64,000 nucleotides of DNA. Source: the human T2T-CHM13v2.0 reference genome, Homo sapiens. Made by a program: the position numbers and the translations under genes. Below are positions 30,979 to 44,683 of the stretch, piece after piece. Every line of letters begins with the position of its first letter. Position 1 is the stretch's first letter. The notes under the pieces were generated by a model. The model saw nothing but the letters and a program-made list of their open reading frames with translations, did not search any database and was not told the DNA's origin. The stretch lies in assembly GCF_009914755.1 (NCBI RefSeq), contig NC_060947.1; one strand, given 5' to 3'.

Positions 30979-33900
30979 TTTGGGCACTACACATTTTGCC
31001 AGAGATTCCTAGCCCTGACCTCAGGACTTCCAAAGCTTTTTATCACTATCTCTGAGAGTGGGGAGAACAATCATTCCCAAATACTCATAACCAATTTCAA
31101 ATTTTACATATATCAACTAAAACTTTTCTTGGGAAGAGGGAGTGGTAATGAAATTGCAGCAGCAAAAATATTGGGTACCTTGGCCATGTGACTCCACCTA
31201 GCCCACCAGTAACTCTGCAGATGTGATAGACTAAAAAGGGTTATTGTGCTCAATAAGCTGCTAGTTTGCAGTTACTAATTTAAACAAATTTTATTTAGTA
31301 AGGAAACATTTACTGCCCTTCTGCAAGAATATCCAAAAGATTCTTCGTGTTGATACTTAAGTAAATTTGCCCATTATCCTGCCCAAATTCTTCTTGATTA
31401 CTGCCTTTAAGCAAAGCCAAAAGAAAAGTTTTAGGGAGGGTCACATGCTTTCATCTCTAGTAATTTTAAAAAGAGAGAGTTCTATAATTTTGTATTTGCG
31501 ATTTAAAATGTTTATTAGCAAAAATGTTCTGTGAATATTTTTGTTAGAGATGGAAGAGCAAGGGGAGCAGACTTAAGAGCTCCTGAGAAAGATTTGAACT
31601 GCTAGTGTCTTGTGAAAATGAAATACCTAGTTTGAAACCACTGTGGAATTATAGATGGAGAAAATTGTTTCCATGAAAAATGGAAAATAAGTTCAGTGAT
31701 CCAGTCAATCTATTCATTTATACTACTGTAGTGACTAATTCAGAGTATTACATTCAATCTTATTAAGAATATAACGATTGACATTTAATATAGATGAAAA
31801 ACCTAAGTTAACTGTGCAATCCAGTGTGTGGTCATAGCCTATTTTTATACTAGAAAAGAAAGTGCTTTATAATTTTTCAGAGACCTAATGCATTCAATCC
31901 TTTTTAAAAAATACTTTGTGACAATTCTTCATTTATGTCAGTAAAGTAACATTTTTGAAGACATTAAATGTTGCAGTTGAAATACTTGGAGGGTATTAAC
32001 ACATGACAGGGTTTAAGGATAAAATTAGTTAGGATTAATATTGTTTTCCTCGCCCTCCTCCCTCACATCTATAGGGCAGGTAAGCTTTCAGGTGTGGTCA
32101 TGTCTTCATAGCCGAAACAGTTCACATAGGAATGCACTTTCATCCCACTTTTGCACTTTTCCTTTGGCACAGTGAAGCTTATCTTACAGTCCCGTTTCCC
32201 ATCCCTCCTCTAGTTCTCATTTCTGTGTTCAAATTCCAGGTCACTCACTAAATGACCAGAAGACTTGCTTAATTTTGGCTCCTCTTGTTTGCTCCACTAT
32301 TTTCACAATCCACCCAAATTCCCCATTTCCAGTGTGCTCTTGGAAAGTTAATGGAATCTTAATAATTCAGCTAAGGCTCTATCAAGCTTATCCTATACCT
32401 TGAAATGTTTCTAGTTCCACTTTTACCTCTAATCTCTCCTGCCATCAACCCAACTAAAACTAAACAAATGTTTTAAAAACCCAGACTTGAAACCAAAACA
32501 ACTATCACCACAGCAGATAGGCACACAGCCATTGAGATGTCCTTACTGTCTCTGCCTGTCTAGAGGAGTCCAGCTCTGTGGTACGGTAAGCAAGGATTGG
32601 GAGGAAGAGAATCTTACTTGAATAATTTGTTCTGGGCACTGTGCTAGAGACATCATTTCTAATCTCACTTAGTGTTTATGACAATCCTGTGATACAGCTG
32701 GTTAATATTCCCATTTTTCAAGTGAGGAACTTGAAGGCCAGAGATATTAGATGCCTTACTCAAGGTCACACATAAGTAAGCTGGGATGCAGTTCTACATT
32801 TCTCTCACTCCAAAGTCTATGTTCTTTCCATTGCATTGTGCAGCCTAGTGGAGAAGTTGTTGGTTTACTTGCCACCGATTCATTTGTGCTCAGATAGGTA
32901 GGAGGCAGCTCCAGAAAACCCTTTGTTTTTCTCCACTAAATAGCTCTAGCTCTAGAAAAACATATGGTCTGTTTGGGGGCCTGGCGTTCCTGAATCTGTG
33001 GTAAGCCTCTTATGTACTCCTGCCATTGGCCTACCTTTAATAGCCCAGAGCAGCTCTCCATATTCTGACAGCCCTTCATGGGGTACAGAGGAGAGGGAGT
33101 TGCCTAGAGTTGGCAGAAGGAAGCAATAATACCCACAATTAGGCATTTACTTGCTCAGATTATTTTTGTGCCATGAGGGGTGGAAATAGTGTGGGCAGCT
33201 CCAGGTATCAACACTGTCCTCAGCCATAGAGTTTACGCTGGGACCCATATTTTCTTGCTGAGACTGCCGGGATGGGTCCTCATTCTAGGGCTGTACATGA
33301 CCATGTTTCAGGGTAAAAGTAGTCTCCATGAGACACAGGGTTTCTTAACAGTTACTAAGAGTTTGACAGTAAAGATGTACTCTCAAAAGTATAATTAATG
33401 TTTGCACATTTAAAACAGGATATAAATAACAAATATAATACCACAATGACTGCAAATATATAGATTTCCTCAAAAAAGAGTGAATGCATTGCTATTATTA
33501 ATGGTGTCTTTTGATGGAATGATTACTTAGAAGTACACATACAGCCAGGAAATCAGCTATTTACTACCTCAAGACAGAAAGAGAATCCAATGCCTCTGTC
33601 TATTCTCACTACCTCTCCTCTCACCTAAATCAAATCTTGAATCCAAGTTTACCCTATCTCAGCCAGTCCTAAGAACTCTTAATTATTCCTAAGAGCTTTA
33701 AATACATTAGCTCATTTAATCCACACAATAACCCAATGAAGTACATATGATTCTCATTCTCATTTTACAGATGGGGTAACTGAAGCACACAGGGGTAACT
33801 TATTTGTATAAAATCACAGGTGGCAAATTAAGAGTTTGCATCCAATTTTACTGAGGTCCTTGCTCTTAATGACTATGCTGTATTAAAAAAGATGGGCAAA

Positions 33901-35148
33901 ACTAACAACCCATGGCTCCATGTGCAGTGTTTTGCAAGTCGCTGATTATTGTGCTTATGGTCTGGGTAAGGACAGAAAACCAGAAAACCAGTATTATGTG
34001 AGCGTGTGCCCATGTGGGAATGATGTGGTGTGATACTAGAGCAATATTTGGGCAAGCCTTTCTTTGTGATGATAATCTCTCCAGAGCATGCATCATAATG
34101 CCTCTGCACGTGCTATGCATCTGTCTATCTATTTCATAGATGGCTGTGCCTGGCTGTTCATCTCTTATGTGTGTCTGGGGAGGGGGTTGTATGTGTAAAG
34201 AGGATATATGTGGAAAAAAGGATATATGCCCAGTGAGAGAATTAGTGTTTAAACTGGGTCATGAGGATTGCTTTGACCTGTTTCCCTCCCCGCCCACCCC
34301 AAAGGGTTCTTTTCAGTCCTTTGATGTTTTCCCCATATAAGGGGAGAAACTGGGACACAACTGGAGGATGTTGCCTTTTGTTTTCTTTAATGAGAAACAT
34401 TGACTCTTTCCTTGAGAGAAGGTTTTCCTCCTCTTCTCCATATCCCAAGCCTGTTCCAGCTTCTCCTTAGTAACATCAAAGGCACAAAACAATCACTGGC
34501 TTTGGAATAATTTCTAAACCAATAAAACTCTAGCTAAAAGTGTATAGCACCAGTGCTAGTCGCATAGAACAACATAGTTCCATCCTGAGCTCCCTCATCC
34601 CAATCTATATATGGGTAGTTTTGCACTGGCATAGAATGGCAGGTTTACGAATGTCCAAAGATGTCTTATTAGAAAAATCTCAGGTACAGGGGAAAGCCCA
34701 GGACACGAGGAGGATTAGAGAAGAGGGTGAGTGACCTAGGCAGGGAAGGATAACAATGCTATGTGAAAAGGAAGGAGAAACAATTACACGATGCCAGTTT
34801 ACTCTATAGTGCACATATAATGAAACTCCTGCCAAATTTGTGGTGTGTTCTAGCATCTGAAGAGCTTTGAATCTTCTAGCACCCTGGGGATATTCTGGGA
34901 TTCCAATTGCCACCCACTCAACAGTCAAGAAATTCAAACCATTTCAGGAGGATTCCATTGGCTTTAGAATGAAATGGAATTTATATTATATTGGTAGCTC
35001 ACAGAGAACACTTACATTTAAGAAGTAAAAATATATCACAGATGAATACGCAAATTGCATATTGTCTGCAGGCCAGAGAGCAAAATTAAACACCTTCATG
35101 CTTTCGTACTCCATTTCTGTCAAAAACAGGATATCAGCAGCAAAGCCA

Positions 35149-35154
<6 letters not shown>

Positions 35155-35202
<48 letters not shown>
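35155..35202. repeat. (CA)n microsatellite, about 23 units
   Basis: Direct reading. Confidence 0.97.
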
Positions 35203-35204
<2 letters not shown>

Positions 35205-35859
35205 CACTGACCTACAGTGAGTACTGCCAAACCCCATGCTAACCCAGTGACACATCATTAGCTCAGAAGTTGAAAGCAAATGGTGTTCCTAAGTGGACCT
35301 TTATAAAAAATATTAAGCTCCACTGTGGGTTTAGCATAGTGTTATGTGATACAGAGGAATATAGTAGCAGGTGTATTAAGTCTCTATCCCTGTCTTCAAG
35401 GACTTTATAGTCTAGTTGAGAAAGCAGAGCTAACAGTATGAAGCATTGCCAAGCAATATAAAATAATTTAAACTGTGTGACAATAACTGTAAGTGCTGTA
35501 GTAGTTCGGGGGAGAGGGAGATGGAAGAAGGCTAACATCATTACCATCATTAACATCTATTGTTTATTAACACTTAATGTGCTCCAGGTGTCATGCCAAG
35601 TGCTTTACATGTATTATCTCATTTAATCTTCTCAGTTACCTCTGAGACAGGCACTATTATTATCCCCATTTTTCAGATGAGGAAACTCAGATAGCTAAAT
35701 GATTTATCCAAGGGGAGTGTAGAAATGAGACTAGAGAGGCATGGAGGGACCTGATTACAGAGGACATTAAAAGCCATGCTAAGAAGTTTGGCATTTATTC
35801 TAAGGTCAAAGGGAAGCCAATTGAAATTTAGTATGAAGCCATTTTAAGCACGGGTGTAG

Positions 35860-36186
<327 letters not shown>

Positions 36187-36719
36187 TGTAGTGTGTTTTT
36201 TAAAAAGTTTATACTGCCCCTCTGCTGGGTTAAGTACACATTGGGAAAATAAATGATTGGAGACAGAGGGGCCAATTAGGAGACTGTAGTAGCATTGTGC
36301 TTGGCACATAGTAGGCACTCAATGTATATTTGTTGGATGGATATATGAATTCAGGGAAGAGATTTTGGTGGACAGATCTAGTGAAATATAAGGGAAGATG
36401 ATAGAAAAGGATAGATTTGAATTATATTTATGAGGTAAATATAGGGGATGTGATGATTAACTGGATGTGGGGAATAAGAAAGAGAAGTTAAGAATGAAGC
36501 CCTGGGTTTCTGAGGAGCTGGTGATACCCTTCATTCATTTAGGGAACATTAGAGAAGAATCAGATTTAATGGAACAGGATGTAGGAAAGAGACGAGTTCA
36601 GTTTGGAAACACTGAGTTTGTAGTGCCTGTAGTTATGCAAATGAAATGTCCAGTAAGCAGTTAGTTATATAGGTCTAAATTTCAGGAGAGAGACTTAGGA
36701 TAGACATAAATATAATTAA

Positions 36720-36885
36720 GGCAAATGGAGATCTTTTTGAGGTGATGGAATTGTTCTAAAATTGGATTGTGGTAATGGTTACAAAATTCTGTAAATTTAC
36801 TAAAATTATTGAGTTACCCACTTAAAATGGGTGAATTTTGTGGCATATACATTATATATCAATAAAGCTCTTAAAATTAAAAAAG
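36720..36885 (+). mobile_element. old L1M 3' end fragment nested in L2
   Basis: ttttgaggtgatggaattgttctaaaattggattgtggtaatggtt...attatatatcaataaagc followed by an A-rich tail. Confidence 0.8.
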
Positions 36886-37679
36886 TTAAGCAAGGTACTG
36901 GCATGTAGAGAGTAACTGAAGCCTTAGAAATGGATGAGGTCACCTAAGTCAGTGTGCTAGAACTCTCAGAATGCTGACATTTAAGGGACAGACAAAGGAG
37001 TTGGAATGATCAGCAGGAAAACTAGGAAAATTTGTCTCATGGAAGCTGAAAGAAGAAAGTATTTTCAGAAGAAGTGAATAGATGATCTTTTAAATAATGA
37101 TTTGAAAGACTTAAATATCTTGAAATGTCAATGGGAAGGAGTGGAACCAGAAGAGAGGTTGGCTGAAGGAAAGGGAAGAAGATTAATCAAATGAGGACCC
37201 CAAGAAGCTAGAAGAGGATGGAATGCAAAGCCTCTAGGAGAGGACTGATGAACTTTCTAGAGAGATATATCACTTCTTTGTAATAGGAGAAAGGAAAGAT
37301 GATTGTTTCCTTATTGTTTTGTGAGAATTTAAAATAATTCCCTGGGATAAATTTTATTTTCTCTGTGACAAAGGAAGTAAAATCATTTACTACGATTTTA
37401 CTATGAGTGAGAAGGGAGGTAGTAGGGTTGAAGCTTTGTGGATGGTAGAGATCGCTGCTGTGGAGATATAGAGAGAGCTGTTAAGAGAAACACAGAATTA
37501 ATAAGAAACTTTGAGAGCCTGCTTGAAGTTGGACACCACAAATTTAAGGGGGATCAATCTATGCTTCCATGATTAGCATATAGGTCACACTTAAAACCAT
37601 GAAAATGAATGAATTTGGCCAGGAAAAGTTGATTAGGTGAGGAAAAGGACATAGATATAGATTAGATAGAGATAATATA

Positions 37680-39924
37680 TATTATTAACTTTTTACCTGT
37701 CACGTGTTGTGATATTTTCCCCCCAGTTTGTCTTTTGTCTTTATTTTCTGTATGGCTTCTGGTTTTTCTGGCTTGTGAAAGGTCTCCCCCTCCTCAAACT
37801 TTCTTTTCATATTTTCGGTGGTTTTATTTTTTATATTTTAAGTCTTTAATGTACCTGGAATTTGTTTTAGAATATGAGATTTTGAAATGTATTTTAGGGC
37901 ATGTAGTTGTGTTTCCTTTCAGATAGATAACTATTATGCTAAGCCCATTTATTAAAAGAACAGTCCTTTTCCTGTTGAGTGGATATGCTACCATTGCCAT
38001 ATATTGGATTTCCATATGTACTTGCTTCTATTCTAGACTCTATTCTGTTCCATTGATTTAATTTTCCATTCTTACGCCAATACCTTACTATTTTGATTAT
38101 ACTGACTTTTTGGTAATATCTGATATTTCCTTACTATTCTTAGATATTTGTTTCTCCATATTTTTACATATTTGTGTCTCCATATGAACTTTTAAATAAT
38201 TTTGTATAGTTACAAAATATACTCAGTTTGGATTGTGATTATCACTATATTACAGTTGTGTATTAGTTTTTAGAAGAAAGACATTCCTATGATATGTCTT
38301 CCTATCCAGAATCACGGTATATCTTTGCATTTTTTCAGGTTTTATTTTTGGGACCGTCTCTTTAATATTTAGTTGTTTTCTTCAAATAGGTACAGTACAT
38401 TTTTTTGTTGTTGTTGATTCCTAAGTACTTTGTACTCTTGTCCGTGCTGTGAATGGGTTACTTTTCTATTTCCATTTTTAAAAGCATATGGAGAAAAGCT
38501 TTTGATTTTATATATTTTCTTGTGTATTACAATCTTACCATATTGGCAACCTTATATTTAAAAAAAAAACCTAGAGTCTCGGGTTTATCTGAGGCACTTA
38601 TATCTCCTTTACCAATATTTATACCAATTATTTCATGTTCTAACTTTCTTTTGCCTCAGCTAAAACATTTAAAACACTATGGTGATATCAGACATCCTTG
38701 CCTTGTTCATAATGTTACTGGAAAGGGCCTTAGCATTTCACCATTTAGTATGAAGTTTGCTATTTATTATATTTGAATGCTGTTTTATTTAGAATTTTCA
38801 CTTGGACTGGCTACTGATTTTGTTTAAAAACCTTTTAGAATATATTAATATAACCCTATATGTTGATTTTTTCTAATCTTGAATCATTCTTTTATATTTG
38901 GAATAAAAAGTGTTTGGTTATGGTATTTTATTCTTTTGTTGCCCTGCTGCTTTTGTTAAACATTTTTCTCTATATATTCAGAACTGAAATCAATCTATAG
39001 CCTTACTATTTCTGATATCATTTTTAGGTTTCTGATATTGTGGAATTATACTAGATCTAGTAAATGCATTTGAGACCTTTTTGTCTTTCTCTGTGGTCTT
39101 AAATAGTTTAAGTTGTGTGAGAATGATTTGTTCTTTCAAAGTTTATGGAACTCAGCTCTAAAACCATCTAGGCCTGGAGCCTTAAAAAAATTACAGATTG
39201 TTAATCACCCTTCCAATCTGGTCTAAAGTTATTAGATTCTTGAGGTTTTGTTACTCCTTCTTGGGTAAAAGCATTTAATAGATTTTAAAATCATGTGGTA
39301 TACATTGCATATGATAGTCCCTTATAATTAATATCTCTCCAATGGTGTGCTGGTGCTGACTTTCCAATTGTGTGCATTTTTCCCATATTTTGGTTTGGTG
39401 TCTATACATTGGTAGCTTAAAATCCACTAAAGTGTAAGTTTTCACGCCATGGAAATCAGCAAGCACTACAAATTGCGGCTTTTTTTTTTTTTTTTTTGAG
39501 AGCCAATTGTTAAATGGTTATCAGCATACTATTGTCTATATCTATAAGTGTATCTCCTTTTCCATTGTTAGTATTGTATTTTTGTTTTATTTTCTCCCTT
39601 TTTCCTTAATAAGTAATTTCAAAGAAGCAGCTTTTGATGTTAATTATCTGTTAATTATCCCTTGTAAGTTAGTTTCATTTTGATTTTATTAGTTTGAGCT
39701 TTTTAAAAGTGAATTTCCTCCTTCTATTTACTTTCATTTTTTTGTCCTTTTCCAGTTTCTTAAATTGAGTGAATTCCTGTATTTTCCATTTTTATATATT
39801 TTCCTGAGTAGAGGTTTAACTGTATCCCGTATATTTTGGTATTTAGTGTGTGCTCTTTCATTATTTTCTATAAAATTAACAACTTTAGTTTCATTTTCCT
39901 CTTTGATTACAAGGTTATTTAGGA
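37680..39924 (-). mobile_element. ancient L1M ORF2-region relic, continuing at 48453-48710 after the provirus
   Basis: T-rich antisense L1 motifs (tctattctgttccattg, ccatatgaacttt, gacatccttgccttgttc, aaaccatctaggcctgg). Minus-strand remnant SYSKTNSRYIKDLK. Confidence 0.7.
39340..39534. mobile_element. MER63-like hAT-Blackjack MITE
   Basis: Termini caatggtgtgctgg...tcagcatactattg and internal ttggtagcttaaaatc...ccatggaaatcagcaagcactacaaat match MER63 as I recall it. Confidence 0.7.
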
Positions 39925-39928
39925 GTAT

Positions 39929-40764
39929 TCAAGCAGAAAATTTCCCTGACCCCTTTGCTGGCAGGAACTGGAGTGCACGGGTGCTAGAACTAGTCAGCCA
40001 CTTCAGTGCCAGCAGGGGCAGACTCCACTTGCTTGGCCCCACCGTGTTCCACGCCTTGCAGGAGGGGGAGCGCAGGTGAGCAGGTGAAGGAGCTGGGGCA
40101 AGCGCTTTTGGGTGCTGGCAGGAGCGAAACTGTGCTTCCCCACAGCAGCATCTAGGGGGGTGTCCATATCTCCTGAAGCTCCAGAAAGAGTGTTACAGTC
40201 AGTGCTCTTTTAGCTTTGCTGTCCATGAATGGCTTAAGTGTTAACAGCTCAGTGGAGGGTCAGTGTGACGGCCTTTTGCACTTGCACTTGAGTTCTTGTT
40301 CAACATCCAAGAGGAATGAGGTCGCATGAACAAATTGGAGATGGTCAATGTGGGGGATTTTATTGCCAATGAAAGTGGCTCTCAGCAGGAAGGGGAGCTG
40401 GAAAGGGGACAGAGCAGGATGATCATTTTCCCCCAGAGTCTAGCTGTCCCCAGCTGGACTCCTCTTCGAAGCAACACCGTAAAGCCGTCCCTCTGAAGTC
40501 AAGCTGCTTCTTTCCAACTTCCAACCATAGTCCCCAATGTCCAGCTGCTTCTCCTCTTCTCTCTGCTGGTGAACCCTGGGGTTTTTATGGGCACAGGATG
40601 GGGAGCAGGGTGGGGTATGGGTGGTTTTGGAAAAGGCAGCTTTCAAGCGGGAAAATAGGAATGCGTGTTCTCACTTTGGGACACGGTTCCAGGCTTGAGG
40701 GCAAGACCTTTGCCAGAGACCTATCCTCTTCTGCCCAGAATTTCCCTGCCTCCTGCCCCTGTCA
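39929..40764 (-). mobile_element. 3' LTR of the provirus (836 nt)
   Basis: Colinear with 47603-48448. I counted about 21 mismatches in one block of about 185 nt by eye. Confidence 0.92.
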
Positions 40765-40870
40765 TTTCCCTCCTCTGAAGAGGCTCATCTAACTGCTGGT
40801 GTAATATGGACGATGACTGGTCTTAGCTACTTCCTGTTTACAGGGGGTGTGAGTATGGGAAGAACAGCAG

Positions 40871-41014
40871 TCAGATTCCTCCCCAAGGTCTACCTAAGGG
40901 TCCCCAGCAAAAGGGAGCCATTGTCTGAGGTTCTGGTTGCCTGACTGTTTGGAGTTTGATGGCCTCTAGGTGCAAAGAAACAAGTTTTACAGGGTTAAGT
41001 ATGCATGGACCAAA
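40871..41014 (-). pseudogene. ERV env C-terminal (TM cytoplasmic tail) remnant
   Basis: FGPCILNPVKLVSLHLEAIKLQTVRQPEPQTMAPFCWGPLGRPWGGI* resembles the gammaretroviral/HERV-W-type tail FGPCIFN...IEAVKLQ...PLDRP. Confidence 0.75.
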
Positions 41015-41193
41015 TATATGTCCAAAGAGGAGTTAAAAGGAGAGAATCTAATGCTGAAGATTACAGAAATAAGAAGTGAAATATACTAATCATTCTGAAA
41101 TCAACATTATACCCCATGGTATAGCACAGAATGGAGGTAAAAACAACAAGCCTAGGCAAGACTATAAAGAGGATATCCATGGAAGGTTAATTA

Positions 41194-44100
41194 TTAACAC
41201 TTATCTTTTGTGATTTTTAGCTTGAGTTCCCCAATCTCTTCACATAGGTACTTTGGGTGCTCTTCTGGGTTGATGCAGGTAACTCTGTCAGCTTCCCAGG
41301 CCTTTACTCGGGTATAGTGAATACAATGATCTATTCCAGTGACTTTCAGTGCCATAAGAGTAGAAAGAAGTATAATCCCTCCCAATCTGGGCTTATAGAG
41401 GGAGAAAGGGAAGCAAGTACCTTTACCAGTATTAGGTCCACTGGGTTGAATAGAGGTGGCCCTAGTTCCTGGGATTGGACCTCCAACAGTTGTTTCAGTT
41501 CCTGTTGGAAATGGGCCAAAGAAGTTATATGTTTAATCAAATCAGAGGATTTTTGGTCTAGCAAGAAATCATTCGTGAGAAAAGGCCATCCATACATCAT
41601 TTCAAAGGAACTCAAACCCAGCTTTGGAGGGGTGTTTCTAACATGTAGTAGGGCTATGGGGAGAAGGGTAGTTCAGGGGCGACGAGTCTCCTAAGACAGC
41701 TTCCTGAGGTGCATTTTGATAATATTCATCTTTTCTACCTTTCCTGAGGATTGTGGTCTCCAAGCACAATGAAGATGGTACTGTATGCCTAGTGCCTTTG
41801 AGACCCCCTGGGTGACGGCTGCCTTGAACAGGGGCCATTATCACTCTGGAGGTACTTAGGGAGTCCAAAGCAAGGAATTATCTCATTAATTAGTACTTTT
41901 ATCACCTCAGAGACTTTCTCCGTCTGACAAGGAATTGCTTCTACTTAGTTAGTGAAGGTATCTATCCACACTAGGAGATACTGGATGCCTCTTGCCTTTG
42001 GCATATGGGTGAAATCCACTGCTAGTCTTCCCCTGGATAGCCTCCTGTCCTTTGGATTCCTGGGGGAAGAAGCTGTCGATTAAGGGGATTATTTTAAAGG
42101 CAGGTCTAGCAAGCATTAACGATCTGTTTAACTGTATCAGGTTTTTACCTGAGAGCAATTTCTGGGCCAACTGATGGGTTTTATCCTTACGTAGGTGGAA
42201 AGCTTGGTGAAGGATTTTAAGAACTTTCCATTGGTCAGCAGCCTGTAGATGAAGCTTGCTGTCCTCCAATTGTAGCCATCCTGGGGACTGAAAGATGTAT
42301 CCCTGAGAGATTGCCCATTCTATTTCCACAGGAGAATATTTAGATTATATTTCTCTTAAGGGGCCCTCTCAGATCAGTGAGGCTTCAAGTGGATCAGAAA
42401 TCTGAGGCTTTGTTGCTGCTGATTTAGCTGCTTGGTCTGCCAATCTATTTTGCTTGGCTACTTCATCCATACCTTTTTGGTGGCCTTTACAATGTATTAC
42501 TGCCACTTCACATGTGAGAAAAACCGAGGATAATAGTCTATTAATTTCCTGATGGTATTTAATGGGACTCCCATTACCTGTGAGGAAGTTTCTCGCTTTC
42601 CAGATAGTGGCATGGGCACAGAGGACTAGGAAAGCATACTTAGAATCAGTGCAAATGTTAACTGTTTTTCCTTTGCTTAATTTGAGTGCCCTTGTGAGGG
42701 CAATTAGTTTGGCTAATTAAGCACTTGTCCCTGAGTAGAGAGACACACTCTCAACAATATCATTCAGAGTAACTATTGCATACCTTGCCTTATGTATCCC
42801 TTGTTCTACAAAAGAACTTCTGTCTGTAAAGAGAATCCAGTTTGGGTTCTCTAAGAGGGTTTCCTTGAGATCCTCTCTGGTCACATAGGTCTGTACTACT
42901 AGCTGTTCACAGTCATGTTCAAGCTTCCCAGCTTCCTCTGGGAGGAAGGTGGCTGGATTTAGGGAGGGACAGGTTCTTAATTGGACTTCAGATCCCTCTA
43001 ATAGCAGAACTTGATACACGAGGAGGCAGTTGTCTGTTAGCCAGAGATTCCCCTTAGAAGACAGCAGTCCTGACACATTATGTGGAGTGCAAACAGTTAA
43101 GTTATTCCCCATGGTTAACTTAGTAGCCTTTGGTACCAGCAAGGCTACTGCTGCATCTGCCTGGAGGCAGGCTGTCCATCTTTTGGCTACCAAATCAAGC
43201 TCCTTACTTAGGTAGCCTACAGGCTGCTGGGCTGGACCAGGGCTTGTGTTAGCACTCCCAGGGCCATTTGCTTTGCTTCTGACACATAAAGATTAAACAT
43301 CTTCCCTATGGGGAGACTAAGGGCTGGTGCCTTAAGCAAGGTTTGCTTTAGTTGGTCAGAGGCTTTTCTAGTCCCAGGTTCCCAAATTAGAGAGTGAGTT
43401 TTAGCTGCCTGAGTATCCTTTATTAGGTGATATAAGGGACAAACTATTTCACCATACCCAAGTATCCATAGTCTGAAGAATCCTGTAATACCTAAGAATC
43501 CCCTCAGTTGCTTGAGGGTTTTGGGGAGGGGAAAGGAGGAGATGGACTTAATCCTTTCTTTGCCCAGTGCTCTGGTCCCCTCTGACAAGATCAGACCAAG
43601 GTACTTCACTGAAGTCTGACAGAGCTGAGCTTTAGATTTTGAAACCTTATATCCTCTATTAGCCAGAAAATTGAGAAGAGCCTTACTACCCTCCGAGAGG
43701 TTTCCTCAGTTCGAGCACAGAGGAGAATGTCATCTATATATTGTAAAACTTTAACCTGAGGATAAAGGAACTCAGAGAAGTCTCTTGACAATGCCTGCCC
43801 AAACAAGTGAGGGCTGTCTCAGAATCCCTGAGGTAACACTGTCCAGGTTAACTGGGTAGTTTGGTTAGAGGGATCCTCAAATGCAAACAAATACTGGGAG
43901 TCAGAGTGTAATGGTATGCAGAAGAAGGCATCCTTTAGGTCCAGGACTGTGAACTGTTTAGTTCCTTCAGGTACTTGAGATAGCAGGGTATACAGATTGG
44001 AAACCACTGGGTGTAATGGAACCACAGCTTCATTAACAAGGTGGAGGTCCTGAACTAGTCTTCATTCCCCATTGGGTTTTTGTACTCCCAATATCGGAGT

Positions 44101-44683
44101 ATTACAAGGGCTGTTGCAGGGTTTGAGGAGGCCCTGCAACCTTGTTATCAATGATGGCTTCTAGTCCTTTCCTAACTTCTGGTTTCAGGGGATATTGTTT
44201 CTGATTAGGAAATGAGGTGGGATCCTTAAGGTGAACCTGGACTGGTATGGCATTTGTGGATTGGCCAATTTTCCCTTGAATTGCCCAAACTTCTGTGTTA
44301 ATATCAGTCTTCACTAGGGGGAGACAAATAGTTTGTTCAGAGGCCACCAGAATGGTGGTCCCCATACTGGCCAGAATATACCGGTTCAGCAGAGGAGTTG
44401 GGCTCTCAGGTATAATTAGAAAGGCATGGGTGAACAACAAGTCTCCCCAGCTACAACTAAAGAGTTGGAAAAAATACCGGATTAAGAGCCTTTCTGAGAT
44501 ACCCCTCTCATTTGTGCTAAGAGAAGAGAAGGGGCCCGGATTGGAGAGGAGAGCTGAGAGACCAACCCCAGTGTCCAAAAGGAGGTCCACTTTCCTCCCT
44601 TTGATTTTCAGAACTACCTGGGGCTCCTGGATGGTAATGGTGGTCTGGACCACTGGAGCTACAGAGAGGAGCCCTGGGACCCA
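41194..44683 (-). pseudogene. ERV pro-pol remnant (protease, RT, RNase H, integrase)
   Basis: Protease LLDTG; [39 protein letters not shown]; RNase H WILFTDRSS; integrase SSFEMMYGWPF...KLKITKDKC*. Broken into many short ORFs. Confidence 0.9.
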
